This document shows positions 53,076-62,440 of a DNA stretch of 64,000 nt, piece after piece (the first letter of the stretch is position 1; each line of letters begins with the position of its first letter). The notes under the pieces were generated by a model. That model saw only the letters and a program-made list of their open reading frames with translations. It ran no database searches and had not been told where the DNA came from. Origin of the DNA: Vulcanimicrobiota bacterium (GTDB lineage: Bacteria; Vulcanimicrobiota; Vulcanimicrobiia; Vulcanimicrobiales; Vulcanimicrobiaceae); contig CAWAXX010000018.1 of NCBI GenBank assembly GCA_963786105.1, positions 1-64,000 of the forward strand, read 5' to 3'. The translations under genes and the position numbers were made by a program.

Positions 53076-53506
53076 CGTGAGAGCTCCTCGTTGCAAGGGG
53101 AGAACCTTAAGAGTTTGTTATTGCCTGACGGCCGCTTGCCCCTCTTACTTAAGAAGCGTCTTAATATCGTCGTACGACCGCGCACGATTTCGGCGTGGGC
53201 GCCGGCACCGGCGAGTGCGATCGTCGTGATCGCATTTTGGGACGAATCGCACGCTGTTAGGGTTGCTCGCGAGGATTTGGTCGCTCGCCGTGCTACGCGA
53301 ACCCGCATCCGCGTCAGTGTGCTGGAATACGCCCGTCTGGGAGCGCGCTCGTCGTTCCACCCACGCTCCTGGCGAACGTGCCACGGCTCTGGGCGATTCG
53401 ATGACGGCGGCGATCCCGCGGGGCGAGAACACCACGGACGGCAGAAGCAATTGGCTTGCGGGCGCAAAGACTCTAGCCCAAAAGGGACGTTCGCGCTTCT
53501 TCACGA

Positions 53507-53534
53507 ATGCAGTAAAACTGTTATTATATTGCAT
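53507..53534. other. Putative dif-like Xer recombination site
   Basis: ATGCAGTAAAA-CTGTTA-TTATATTGCAT: 11-bp arms (9/11 inverted match) and 6-bp spacer, 23 bp upstream of the recombinase ATG. Confidence 0.6.
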
Positions 53535-53557
53535 AGGCTGAAGGGGGCACCGATGCG

Positions 53558-54511
53558 ATGAAGCCTCGAGAAAAGCGCGTTTTCCGGCCTGTCGTCGACC
53601 CGCTGGTCCTCGACCTGATGACCTACCTGCGGTTGGAGCGTAATCGCAGCCAGCTGACCGTAGAAGCCTACGCTCGCGACCTTCAGGAGTTCGGCGCGTT
53701 CCTTGCCGGCGTTCCGGCTTCGGAGTCGCCGGTCGGCCGCGAGTATCCCGCCTTACGCGAGGTGACGACGTCCGACGTGCGCCAGTACGTCATGCGGCTG
53801 GCGGGCGCGAAGCGCTACGACATGCGGACGGTCCGGCGCAAGCTCTCGTCGATCAAGGCGCTCTACCGCTACTTGAAGCTCATGGGCGTGCGAGCCGACG
53901 ACCCCGCGTCGATCGTTTCGGGCCCCAAGATCGAGCGGAAGCTTCCGGAACATTTGGGCGAGTCGGACGTCCGTACGCTGCTGCGGGCGACGCTGGCCGG
54001 CCGCTCGGACGTCCAGCGGCGGCGCGATCTGGCCATCATGGAGTTGCTCTACGCGAGCGGGATCCGGCGGGCCGAAGTAACGACCATCGACCTCAAAGAC
54101 GTGGATTTGACCGCCCGCGAAATTCGCGTTCACGGCAAAGGGAGCAAGGAACGGGTGGTCGTTTTCAACCGAAGTGCGGCCAAGGCGATTGAAGCGTACC
54201 TGCGCGTGCGGCTGCACAGCCGCGACGAAGCACTCTTTCTCGGACGCGGAGGCAAGCGGCTGACTCCAATGCACGTCTGGCGCATTTTCCGCGACCTTTA
54301 TAAGGTTAGCGGCATCGATCAGCACGCCAGTCCGCACACGCTGCGACACTCGTTCGCCACCCATCTCGCCGAGAACGACGTCGATCTCGAGACGATCCGC
54401 GAATTTCTCGGCCACGAGAGCCTCGCGACGACCGGCATTTATTTGAAGATGTCGATGCAACACAAGAAACGCGCCTACGACAAGGCCCACCCTCGCGACC
54501 GCATGGACTAG
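53558..54511 (+). CDS. XerC/XerD-like tyrosine recombinase
   Basis: SAM-like N-domain (S..TV.AY.RDL), LYASGIRRAE, GKGSKER, PHTLRHSFATH, LGH, TTGIY. Confidence 0.92.
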   Translation: MKPREKRVFRPVVDPLVLDLMTYLRLERNRSQLTVEAYARDLQEFGAFLAGVPASESPVGREYPALREVTTSDVRQYVMRLAGAKRYDMRTVRRKLSSIKALYRYLKLMGVRADDPASIVSGPKIERKLPEHLGESDVRTLLRATLAGRSDVQRRRDLAIMELLYASGIRRAEVTTIDLKDVDLTAREIRVHGKGSKERVVVFNRSAAKAIEAYLRVRLHSRDEALFLGRGGKRLTPMHVWRIFRDLYKVSGIDQHASPHTLRHSFATHLAENDVDLETIREFLGHESLATTGIYLKMSMQHKKRAYDKAHPRDRMD

Positions 54512-54570
54512 GGGGTAATGATCCGGTCCCAGGAATCGACCCGCAGCACTCACTAAAGGGCGTCCACGAA

Positions 54571-56235
54571 ATGAAAGCTTCAGAAGACGCTCGCTCTCGT
54601 TTATCGCGCGAGGATTTCTTGCGAGCGGGTGCAGTACTCTCGGCGACCGCAGCCGTCGGATCCGCGGCGGTTCCAACGAAAACGCCCGCGCAGGAGATCG
54701 GGCCTTCTTCTTCCACGGCAAGGGCGAATCGTGCCGAGTCGATTCGGTGCGATGCGGCGCGAAACTATCTGGCTACGGCGTTGCCGCCGCCGGCGACGAA
54801 CGGCGACGACGAACGTTACGCCGACCGGCGCGCGAGCTTTACGAAAACGCTTCCGAGCAACGATTTTGGCGAGGTGGACCCGCCGGCATACGAGGCGTTG
54901 CTGGCGGCCTTCAGAAGTGCTGAGCCAACCGACTTCGAGCGGCTGCAACAGGCACCGGGCTGTTCGACGAAATTGAACAACCCACAGGCCGCCTTCGCCT
55001 TCGATCTCACGGGGGTCGACTCACACGCTACCCGCATCGTGCCTCCGCCCGCGTTTGCCAGTGCGGCGGCCGCTTCCGACATGGCCGAGGTGTACTGGCG
55101 CGCACTCGTGCGCGACGTCCCGTTTCGAGCGTACGAAGAGAGCCTGCCGATTTCCGCCGCCGTCGCCGATCTCAACGCGTTCTCGGTTCCGTCGAGCGCC
55201 GCGCTCGGGAAAGTGTCGCCATCCACGATTTTTCGTGGCGACGCCGCCGGCTCCCGGGTCGGGCCGTATCTCAGCCAGTTTCTTTGGCTGGAGATTCCTT
55301 ACGGCATCGCGCGCATCGAGCAGCGCTATCGTTTCCCAGCGCGACGCCAACAGTTCCTCACGGAAATGGCGGAATGGCTGGCATGCCAGCGTGGGCAGCG
55401 GCCGACCACCAAGCTTCAGTTCGACGCGAACCCGCGCTTCATTTCGAGTTTCCGGGAACTCGCCGAATACGTGCACCAGGATTTCAGCTACCAGCCGTAC
55501 CTCAGCGCGGCGCTCACGATTCTGCAGTGGGGGCTCGACGCGATGTCGCCGACCAATCCGTACCGCTCGTACAAGGTGGAGTTCGGCGACATCACGTTTG
55601 GAAATAAGAACGTGCTGACGCTCCTCGCTCAGGCGGCGTTGATCGCGCAAAAGGGCGCCTGGTATCAGAAGTGGCTCTTGCATCGTCGCGCCCGCCCGGA
55701 AGTCTACGCCGCGCGCGTGGAACTGCAGGCGCGCGGCCTTCGGCAGTACGGGGTCTCGCAAGAAATCGTCGAGAGTGCCGCCGTCGCGCGTACGCAATCC
55801 GCCTACGGAACGCGCCTGCTTCCGCTGGCGTATCCCGAAGGCTGCCCGACGCATCCGTCGTATCCGGCCGCCCATGCCGCCACTGCCGGCGCGTGCATCA
55901 CGGTCCTCAAGGCGTTCTTCAATGCCGATTTTCCAATTCCGAACCCGGTGCAGGCGACGCCCGACGGTTCCGCACTCGAACCGTGGAAGGCCTCCGAACT
56001 GACGCTCGGCAACGAACTCGACAAGCTCGCTGCCAACGTCGCGCTCGGGCGAGATGCCGCCGGCGTGCACTTCCGTTCCGACAGCATGCAAGGGATGCTC
56101 GTCGGCGAGCAGCAAGCGCTCGGGCTTCTTGCCGACTATAGCCGAACCTACAACGAGCGCTTTGAGGGGTTCGCCTTTACCACGCTCGACGGTGGCCGCG
56201 TGCTCGTAACGCGGGGCGAGATTCGCCGCACCTAG
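54571..56235 (+). CDS. Vanadium-dependent haloperoxidase (bromoperoxidase-like)
   Basis: FTKTLP...GEVD, WYQKW..HRRARPE, HPSYPAAHA, GRDAAGVHFRSD; Tat-like SREDFL leader. Confidence 0.85.
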   Translation: MKASEDARSRLSREDFLRAGAVLSATAAVGSAAVPTKTPAQEIGPSSSTARANRAESIRCDAARNYLATALPPPATNGDDERYADRRASFTKTLPSNDFGEVDPPAYEALLAAFRSAEPTDFERLQQAPGCSTKLNNPQAAFAFDLTGVDSHATRIVPPPAFASAAAASDMAEVYWRALVRDVPFRAYEESLPISAAVADLNAFSVPSSAALGKVSPSTIFRGDAAGSRVGPYLSQFLWLEIPYGIARIEQRYRFPARRQQFLTEMAEWLACQRGQRPTTKLQFDANPRFISSFRELAEYVHQDFSYQPYLSAALTILQWGLDAMSPTNPYRSYKVEFGDITFGNKNVLTLLAQAALIAQKGAWYQKWLLHRRARPEVYAARVELQARGLRQYGVSQEIVESAAVARTQSAYGTRLLPLAYPEGCPTHPSYPAAHAATAGACITVLKAFFNADFPIPNPVQATPDGSALEPWKASELTLGNELDKLAANVALGRDAAGVHFRSDSMQGMLVGEQQALGLLADYSRTYNERFEGFAFTTLDGGRVLVTRGEIRRT

Positions 56236-56239
56236 CGCC

Positions 56240-57121
56240 TTAGGAGGGGCGCTCCCACCGCGGACACGTTACGACCCAAGCGTCGAGGTTGAGATGCTTG
56301 AGCAGCGCGGTTTCGCCGTAACCTTCGGTCTTGGGGCAGACTTTGCGGACGAAGTGCGATTTGGACGTTCCGTACTCGATGTCAACGACCAGACGGTTTG
56401 CATCGGTATACGGCGTAAATACGCCGCACCAGCCCTGGGCGTAGCATTGCTCGAGCACGGCCCAGTCGAAACTCGCGCGCAGCAGACCGATCTGATCGCC
56501 GTCGTTCTTCTGGGCTGCCGAGAGGCCCACGGCGTGCACGGCTTTGGCGACCCAGCGATCGTAGGTCACTTGCTGGGACCCGGTCAGCTTGAATCCCGTG
56601 CGATTTTGATAACCGTCGATGTTGTCGGGATCGACTGCATCGAAGCCCTTGTCTTTGCACATTTCGAAGCGCGCGCTCATGATCGGCTCCAACACCGAGT
56701 GCTGCCGAATGTCCAGCCAGCGTTCGCCGGGCCAATGGCCGTCGGGTTTGCCCAGAACGCGCTTAGGAAACTTCCTGGCATCCGGGCGCCAGTTCTCCCA
56801 AGTGCCGACGTCGATATAGCATACGACGTGCACGCCTTTGCCGTGCAACGCCGCGACCGTCGCCGCCGGCGTATCGAAGCCGTCGACGTCGTAGACGGCC
56901 GCCTTCACCGTGGTGTCGAGCTTGCGGCCGCCGTACTGAATCGCGAACGTCGTGCCGGCCGGCGGAATCCACCGGCTCGCAGATCGATACTGCCGGGCGG
57001 CGAGCGTCGCGGCGGAGGTGCCTGGAAGCGGAACCGGCGCCGCGCGGAAACCGCTTCCGCAGCCTGCCAGGGTCAGGGTAACGGCGGGGACGAGCGCGAG
57101 AGGGCGAGCGGACATAGACAT
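56240..57121 (-). CDS. GH114 endo-alpha-1,4-polygalactosaminidase-like lipoprotein
   Basis: LAGC lipobox, VCYIDVGTWENWRPD, ERWLDIR, KGFDAVDPDNIDGY, QKN, EQC. Confidence 0.88.
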   Translation of the reverse strand: MSMSARPLALVPAVTLTLAGCGSGFRAAPVPLPGTSAATLAARQYRSASRWIPPAGTTFAIQYGGRKLDTTVKAAVYDVDGFDTPAATVAALHGKGVHVVCYIDVGTWENWRPDARKFPKRVLGKPDGHWPGERWLDIRQHSVLEPIMSARFEMCKDKGFDAVDPDNIDGYQNRTGFKLTGSQQVTYDRWVAKAVHAVGLSAAQKNDGDQIGLLRASFDWAVLEQCYAQGWCGVFTPYTDANRLVVDIEYGTSKSHFVRKVCPKTEGYGETALLKHLNLDAWVVTCPRWERPS

Positions 57122-57145
57122 GATGACGAGCTATTCTGTTTCCAT

Positions 57146-57868
57146 ATGCTCAAGGCCATCGCTCTTCTTCTCTTGGTCCTGGCGCCGGCCGGCTGCGCCA
57201 ACGCGTCTCCGTACGCGACCACCATCGGCATGCTTCCGCCCGGCGAAACGCTGACCGTGCGCGTCGCGAACGCCACCGTCAGCGCTTTCCAGCCGGCGGC
57301 CGGACAGCCGCGCGATCGATTCGCTATCGCCGCGACGGCGATCGCGAAGGCGTCGCCGCCGCCGGCACCTCACGTGCGAGCCGTCCCCGGCCGCGGCGTC
57401 ACCGTCGACGCCGACCGTCCGCTGGCCGACCTCTTGGTGCGCGTCCCCGACGGCGTCACGCTGATCGTCGACTCTCGCCAAGGCGACGTGCACGTTACCG
57501 ATATTTCCGGCAACGCCCGCATCGTAGCGATGCAGGGAGACGTTCAAGCGATGCTGCCCGGATACGCCGACGTGCGGGCCGGCCGTGGCAACGTCAGGGT
57601 AACCATGGGATCCGTCGGATGGCCTGGAACGTTGCACTTTTCGACCGGTGAAGGCAACGTTGAGGTATGGATCAACGAGCGGGCGGCGTTCAACGTGCAT
57701 CTGCACACCGACCGTGGAACGCTGTTCACGGATTTCGATCTGCGCGGGACGTCGCAGGGTAGTTCCGAAACCATCGACGGCAGCGTCAATGGCGGTGGCG
57801 CGCACGGCATCGACATCGAAACGTCAGCCGGGGCGATTCGGCTACTTCGCCTCCACCCGCAGGCGTGA
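57146..57868 (+). CDS. DUF4097/adhesin-like beta-strand repeat protein, exported
   Basis: VRVP...GDV...GNV repeats, IETSAGAI; signal peptide with AGC. Confidence 0.7.
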   Translation: MLKAIALLLLVLAPAGCANASPYATTIGMLPPGETLTVRVANATVSAFQPAAGQPRDRFAIAATAIAKASPPPAPHVRAVPGRGVTVDADRPLADLLVRVPDGVTLIVDSRQGDVHVTDISGNARIVAMQGDVQAMLPGYADVRAGRGNVRVTMGSVGWPGTLHFSTGEGNVEVWINERAAFNVHLHTDRGTLFTDFDLRGTSQGSSETIDGSVNGGGAHGIDIETSAGAIRLLRLHPQA

Positions 57869-58768
57869 CAATAACGTCTCGCGCGCCTTAATCAATCGAA
57901 CCATGGCGTCGTTGTAAGGCGTCGGCGTACCGGTGCGCCTCCCGAACGCCACCACCGCGCCGTTAATGTGATCGATCTCGCTGGGATGTCCGGATTCCAA
58001 GTCGTAGGCCATCGAGCTCTTCGCGTCGGCGCCGAGCGCGATTACTTCGGTCACGTACTGCCAAGGATTGACGAAGGGAAGATTGATCTTGAGGGCGGCC
58101 GCTACGCCGGCCGCTTCTTCTGCCAAGGCTTCGGCCAAACGCGCCGCGTTGGGATCGTTCGGAATCGCTCCGGTGTCGCAATCGAGCAACGCCGATAACG
58201 CGTTGATCGCGGCGTTCGCGACGAGCTTTCCCCACAGGTGCGGACGGATGTCGTACACCACCGATGCTTGCAGTCCGCTGCGCGTCAAGAGATCGGCGAC
58301 CATGCGCGACGTCGTGGGCGTCGCCGAGGTCGAGCCGATGATCGAATGCCCCTCGCCCGAAACCCGCACGCGTCCCGCTCCAACCGTTTGCGACGATTCG
58401 GTCGTAATACCGAGAATCACCGCGACTTCTCCGCCGAGGGCGGTTTTGATCGCGTCTTCGTTGCCAACGCCGTTTTGCAGCGAGACGATCGGCGCTCCGG
58501 GGTTCAACTCGCCCGCAAAGGGGCGCAGCGCCCTTAGCGTGTCGACCGCCTTGACGAACAAAAAGAGCACCTGCGATCCGTAAAGGTCGCGTGGGTTACG
58601 CGCGATTTCGACCCGCCGCGGCGGTAAGTCGTTAACCGACAGGCCGTCGCGCGCGATGGCTTCGTTCAGCGCCGTGCTGCTATCCAGCATCGTAATATGG
58701 CAATGCTCGGCAAGGTGGAACCCGAAGAGCGTCCCCATCGCGCCCGCCCCGATAATCCCCACCCGCAT
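57842..58768 (-). CDS. panE: 2-dehydropantoate 2-reductase
   Basis: GAGAMG, VKA, LQNGVG, WGKLVANAAIN, SSM..D...SEIDHING. Confidence 0.93.
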   Translation of the reverse strand: MRVGIIGAGAMGTLFGFHLAEHCHITMLDSSTALNEAIARDGLSVNDLPPRRVEIARNPRDLYGSQVLFLFVKAVDTLRALRPFAGELNPGAPIVSLQNGVGNEDAIKTALGGEVAVILGITTESSQTVGAGRVRVSGEGHSIIGSTSATPTTSRMVADLLTRSGLQASVVYDIRPHLWGKLVANAAINALSALLDCDTGAIPNDPNAARLAEALAEEAAGVAAALKINLPFVNPWQYVTEVIALGADAKSSMAYDLESGHPSEIDHINGAVVAFGRRTGTPTPYNDAMVRLIKARETLLSRLRVEAK

Positions 58769-58888
58769 CCTGGCGGTCACCACGCAGCCATCAACCGAGT
58801 ATCAGGACAAATGCTCGGGGGCCGAAGGCCGGGGGCCCCGGCGGCTTTGCCGACGGGGGGCGAGGAGCGCGAAGCGCGGATTCGCCTT

Positions 58889-60484
58889 TCAAAGCGTGTA
58901 CTGGAAGCCGAAGGTGTTGCGGCGGCTCGCGTGCGTCATATCGCGCTGGCCGAAAAACAACTCGGCGTTCTTGGTCACGTGAATATTTCCATACAAATCG
59001 ATCATCGGATACGTTAAGTCGTAAATGCGCGTCTCGAGGCCGAAGCCTTTGAGCGCGTTGACCTGCGCCATCACGCCGATTTGCGAATAGAGGACGCCCC
59101 CGCCGAAACGAAAGCCGCTGTCCGAGCCTTTGAGCAAGACGGCGTTCCAGGTCGTGTTGTTGCCGATGGAGTTCGCGCCAACCATTAAGCTCGTCGATGC
59201 GTGCGGCAACACTACCAGGTTTATGTCGCCAAGCGGGCCTTGGCTCTCGGTCATCACCGGGTTGAGGCCTGCCGACTGCTGCACCGAGAGGCCGCTGATG
59301 CGCAGTTGTATTGCCACCAAGTTGTGCAAGACGTTTTCGAGCTTGCCCTGCAGATGCTTGCGCGACTCCGGCGTCATCGCGTTGGCAGGCGCCTCGCCGC
59401 CGGCGGCGGAGCTCGACGCCGTCGGCAGTTGTCCCGATGGCACCGGATAGGGCGAACCTTGCGGGACGACGACCGGAGCGGGCGTCGCGCCGGCATCGAC
59501 GCCGTACACGCTGCTGGTTCCGCCTAATTCGCCCAGTAGCGAGTTGGCCTTTTGCAGCGTGGCGTCGAGATTGGCGATCGTGTCGCGCATTTGCGCTTGG
59601 GTTTGCGGATTGCCGGTGACCGTCCGCAGGTCTTTGGTTAGCTGTGCCAGCGTCTGCGTAGCGTCGGCGATGCTTTGCGTGGTGGTCAGCACGTTGCTCT
59701 TGAGTTGCGGGTCGGTAGCCAGGCCCTGCAGCGCGCCCATCGATTTGTTGAGTGCCACCGACGTAGCCTCCAACTGATCGAGCAAACGATCGACTTTCTT
59801 AGAGTCTTTCGTTGCGGTACCGTTGAGCGTGTCGGTGAGCTGCACGACGTTGGTCCCGGCGACGGAAAGGTCGCCTTGCAGACTCGAGCCGAGCGCCAGC
59901 AACTCCGCCGAAAGCTGACGCATCGAGTCCTTCGTCGTCAACGTGAGTTGGTTAGCGTTGTCCAACGTGGTCTGGAGCGTATTAAGTAGCTTCGGCGTGC
60001 GGGCTTCGAGCTCCGACATGACGACGTCGAAGCGTTTCACTTCACCCTGGCCCTGCTGCAGCAAGTCGGCGATCGTTGCCGTGTTCGTGCCTTGAGGCTG
60101 TTGAGCGACGGGCAATACTTGGCGGGGGAGCATCGCGTTGGGCGGCTGCGCCCCTGCCGGCGGCACGATCACCAAGCTCGGCGAGCCCGTGAGCGGCGCT
60201 TGGATCAAGAATTTCGACGCGGCAGGAATGTCGATGTCGCGATTAACCGCCAGGATGACGTCGACCGTATTGTCGGGCAACAAGGCGATCGAGTCCACCG
60301 AGCCGACGCCCACGCCGCTGAAATACACCACGGCGCCCGGCGTAAGGCCGGCAGCCGACCTGAAGTGAACGCCCACGCGGTAACCAGTATGGCGCGTGCC
60401 GAAGTCGGTGATGACGTAGAACACTCCGAAGAGCAGCAGCAACGCGACGATGGCGAACGCGCCGACTTGAGCCTGCCTAGTCAT
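58889..60484 (-). CDS. mlaD: MCE/MlaD family protein with long helical region and C-terminal beta domain
   Basis: N-terminal TM, F..AAGL..GA.V...GV.VGSV MCE motif. Confidence 0.85.
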   Translation of the reverse strand: MTRQAQVGAFAIVALLLLFGVFYVITDFGTRHTGYRVGVHFRSAAGLTPGAVVYFSGVGVGSVDSIALLPDNTVDVILAVNRDIDIPAASKFLIQAPLTGSPSLVIVPPAGAQPPNAMLPRQVLPVAQQPQGTNTATIADLLQQGQGEVKRFDVVMSELEARTPKLLNTLQTTLDNANQLTLTTKDSMRQLSAELLALGSSLQGDLSVAGTNVVQLTDTLNGTATKDSKKVDRLLDQLEATSVALNKSMGALQGLATDPQLKSNVLTTTQSIADATQTLAQLTKDLRTVTGNPQTQAQMRDTIANLDATLQKANSLLGELGGTSSVYGVDAGATPAPVVVPQGSPYPVPSGQLPTASSSAAGGEAPANAMTPESRKHLQGKLENVLHNLVAIQLRISGLSVQQSAGLNPVMTESQGPLGDINLVVLPHASTSLMVGANSIGNNTTWNAVLLKGSDSGFRFGGGVLYSQIGVMAQVNALKGFGLETRIYDLTYPMIDLYGNIHVTKNAELFFGQRDMTHASRRNTFGFQYTL

Positions 60485-60562
60485 AGCTTCTTCGTATTAT
60501 CCCTCCGTGAAAAAGTGCCTCGTAGCTCGCGATGGTTAAGGGAGCTGGCAAGAACCAGCCCC

Positions 60563-61318
60563 TTAAATCGGGATCGGCCCAACTTCGGACCCCTGCATGA
60601 ACTGCTGGACGATCGGATTATTCGAACGCCGGATCGCGTCGACCGTGTCGTAAGCGATGATCGCACCTTCGAACAGCATCGCGACGTAATCCGCCATGAT
60701 GAAGATCGACTGCAGATCGTGGGAGATGACGACCGCCGTGCCGTTGAGCTTCCGGCGCAGCTTCACGATCGTATTGGTGATCAGGTGGGTGACGATAGGG
60801 TCGAGCCCGGTCGTCGGTTCGTCGTAAAGAATCAGATCGGGCCTGGTGACGATGGCGCGCGCGAAGCCGGCACGCTTGAGCATGCCGCCTGAGAGCTCGC
60901 TCGGCAGATTGTCGTACGTGTTCTCCAGACCCACGCTATCGAGCGCGTCCATCACCAGTTTGCGAATTTCCGCCGCCGGGAGGGCGGTATGCTCCTGCAG
61001 TGGCAGCGCGATGTTGTCACCCACGCTGAGGCTATCCAGCAGCGCGGCAAACTGAAAGGCGAGGCTGATCCTTTGCCGGGTGGGAATCAGCTGCTCTTCC
61101 GTCATGTGGCAGATGTCCTTGCCGCGCAAATACACGTGGCCGGATTGCGGGCGAATGAGGCCGTCCAGCAGGCGGAGGATCGTCGACTTGCCGGCACCCG
61201 AGAGCCCGACGATGCAGGTAATCGCGCCCTCGACGATGTCGAGAGTGCAGTTCTTGAGCACGACCCGTTCGCCGAACGCCAGCGAAACGTCGTCGAGCTG
61301 GGCGATCAACTTGGCCAC
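60563..61318 (-). CDS. mlaF: MlaF/Mkl ABC ATPase
   Basis: GLSGAGKS, FQ.AALLDSL, LSGGM.KR, YDEPTTGLDP. Confidence 0.93.
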   Translation of the reverse strand: MAKLIAQLDDVSLAFGERVVLKNCTLDIVEGAITCIVGLSGAGKSTILRLLDGLIRPQSGHVYLRGKDICHMTEEQLIPTRQRISLAFQFAALLDSLSVGDNIALPLQEHTALPAAEIRKLVMDALDSVGLENTYDNLPSELSGGMLKRAGFARAIVTRPDLILYDEPTTGLDPIVTHLITNTIVKLRRKLNGTAVVISHDLQSIFIMADYVAMLFEGAIIAYDTVDAIRRSNNPIVQQFMQGSEVGPIPI

Positions 61319-61322
61319 GCCG

Positions 61323-62099
61323 CTACTTTCCTCCGAAGAGCAAGAACGACAGAACGAAGTTCGAGATGAAGATCAAAATGATCGACAGCACCACCGAACC
61401 GGTGGTCGACTGCCCCACGCCGGCGGCGCCGCCGCGCGTCGACAGCCCTTGATAAGCCCCCACCATCGCAATAATGCACGCGAAGACCAGCGACTTCGCA
61501 AGGCCTTTGAGTACGTCCTCGAAGCCGACCGCCTGGCGCGCCGCGGAAAGAAACGTATCCGGCGAAATGTGGGCGTACGTTTGCGCGATCCACATTCCGC
61601 CGCCAATCGAAACGACGTCGGCGAAGATCGTTAGCAGCGGCAGCATGACCAGCATCGCCGTCAACCGCGGCACCACTAAGAACCGCGAGGGCTCGAGCCC
61701 CAACGAACGCAGCGCTTCGATCTGCTCGGTGACCACCATCGAGCCGAGCTCGGCAGCGATGGCCGCGCCGACGCGCCCGGCTACCACCACCGCCGTTAGC
61801 ATCGGCCCCAATTCGCGAACCGAGGCGTAAGCCACCGCCGCGCCGACCAGGCTCCCGACGCCGTATTGCACGGCTTGCTGCGCCGACTCCAGCGAGATCA
61901 CGGCGCCGGTGAACAGCGACGTCAGCAGCACGATGATGAGCGACTGCACGCCGAGCAGATAGCTCTGCGACACCGTTTCGACGAAGCGGATCCGTAGGCG
62001 AACGATGAAGCCGGCCGACTCGGCCGACAGCAGCGTCAGACCGCCGGCATATTCAAAGAAGTTCTGGGTCGCGCGCCCGACCCGGTCGAGCATCTTCAC
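61323..62099 (-). CDS. mlaE: MlaE ABC permease
   Basis: RELGP.LTA...AGRVGAAIAAELGSM..TEQI.AL, GAAGVG. Confidence 0.94.
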   Translation of the reverse strand: MKMLDRVGRATQNFFEYAGGLTLLSAESAGFIVRLRIRFVETVSQSYLLGVQSLIIVLLTSLFTGAVISLESAQQAVQYGVGSLVGAAVAYASVRELGPMLTAVVVAGRVGAAIAAELGSMVVTEQIEALRSLGLEPSRFLVVPRLTAMLVMLPLLTIFADVVSIGGGMWIAQTYAHISPDTFLSAARQAVGFEDVLKGLAKSLVFACIIAMVGAYQGLSTRGGAAGVGQSTTGSVVLSIILIFISNFVLSFLLFGGK

Positions 62100-62440
62100 G
62101 ATGGAGCCCGCCCCGCGATCGCATCGAGTTCGCGTAGAACTCCATCGGTGGCCTCAATGCGTTTAGCCGCAACGCCGCGTTCGGCCGTGAGGTTGAACTG
62201 CACTTGATTGAGATGGACCAGCCGCCGGTCGACGTCGCGCAAATGCGCGCGTGCTTCGCGACCGAAGGCCTCGAAATAGCGCCTTACCGCACTCAAATAG
62301 GCTTCGCGGGTGGGCGGATCGACGTCGCCGGCCTCGATCGCGCGCTCGACGTCGCGCTGCGCACGCTTCATGGCGCGGTCGGTAATGTGAAAAGCGCCGA
62401 CGCGCGCCGCTAACTCGGCCACGCGCGGCTCAATCGGCAT
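62096..62440 (-). CDS. Hypothetical helical/coiled-coil protein
   Basis: Overlaps rph and mlaE in the same operon. Confidence 0.6.
   Translation of the reverse strand: MPIEPRVAELAARVGAFHITDRAMKRAQRDVERAIEAGDVDPPTREAYLSAVRRYFEAFGREARAHLRDVDRRLVHLNQVQFNLTAERGVAAKRIEATDGVLRELDAIAGRAPS

Noticed and set aside
53145..53534. 129-aa minus-strand ORF starting inside the dif-like site
   Set aside because: No RBS, no recognisable domain, atypical composition
56294..57145. Long antisense or extended ORFs (e.g. 56294-57868, 9793-11364, 44510-45769, 35030-36205)
   Set aside because: Stop-poor shadow frames typical of high-GC DNA; real starts were reassigned from domain boundaries
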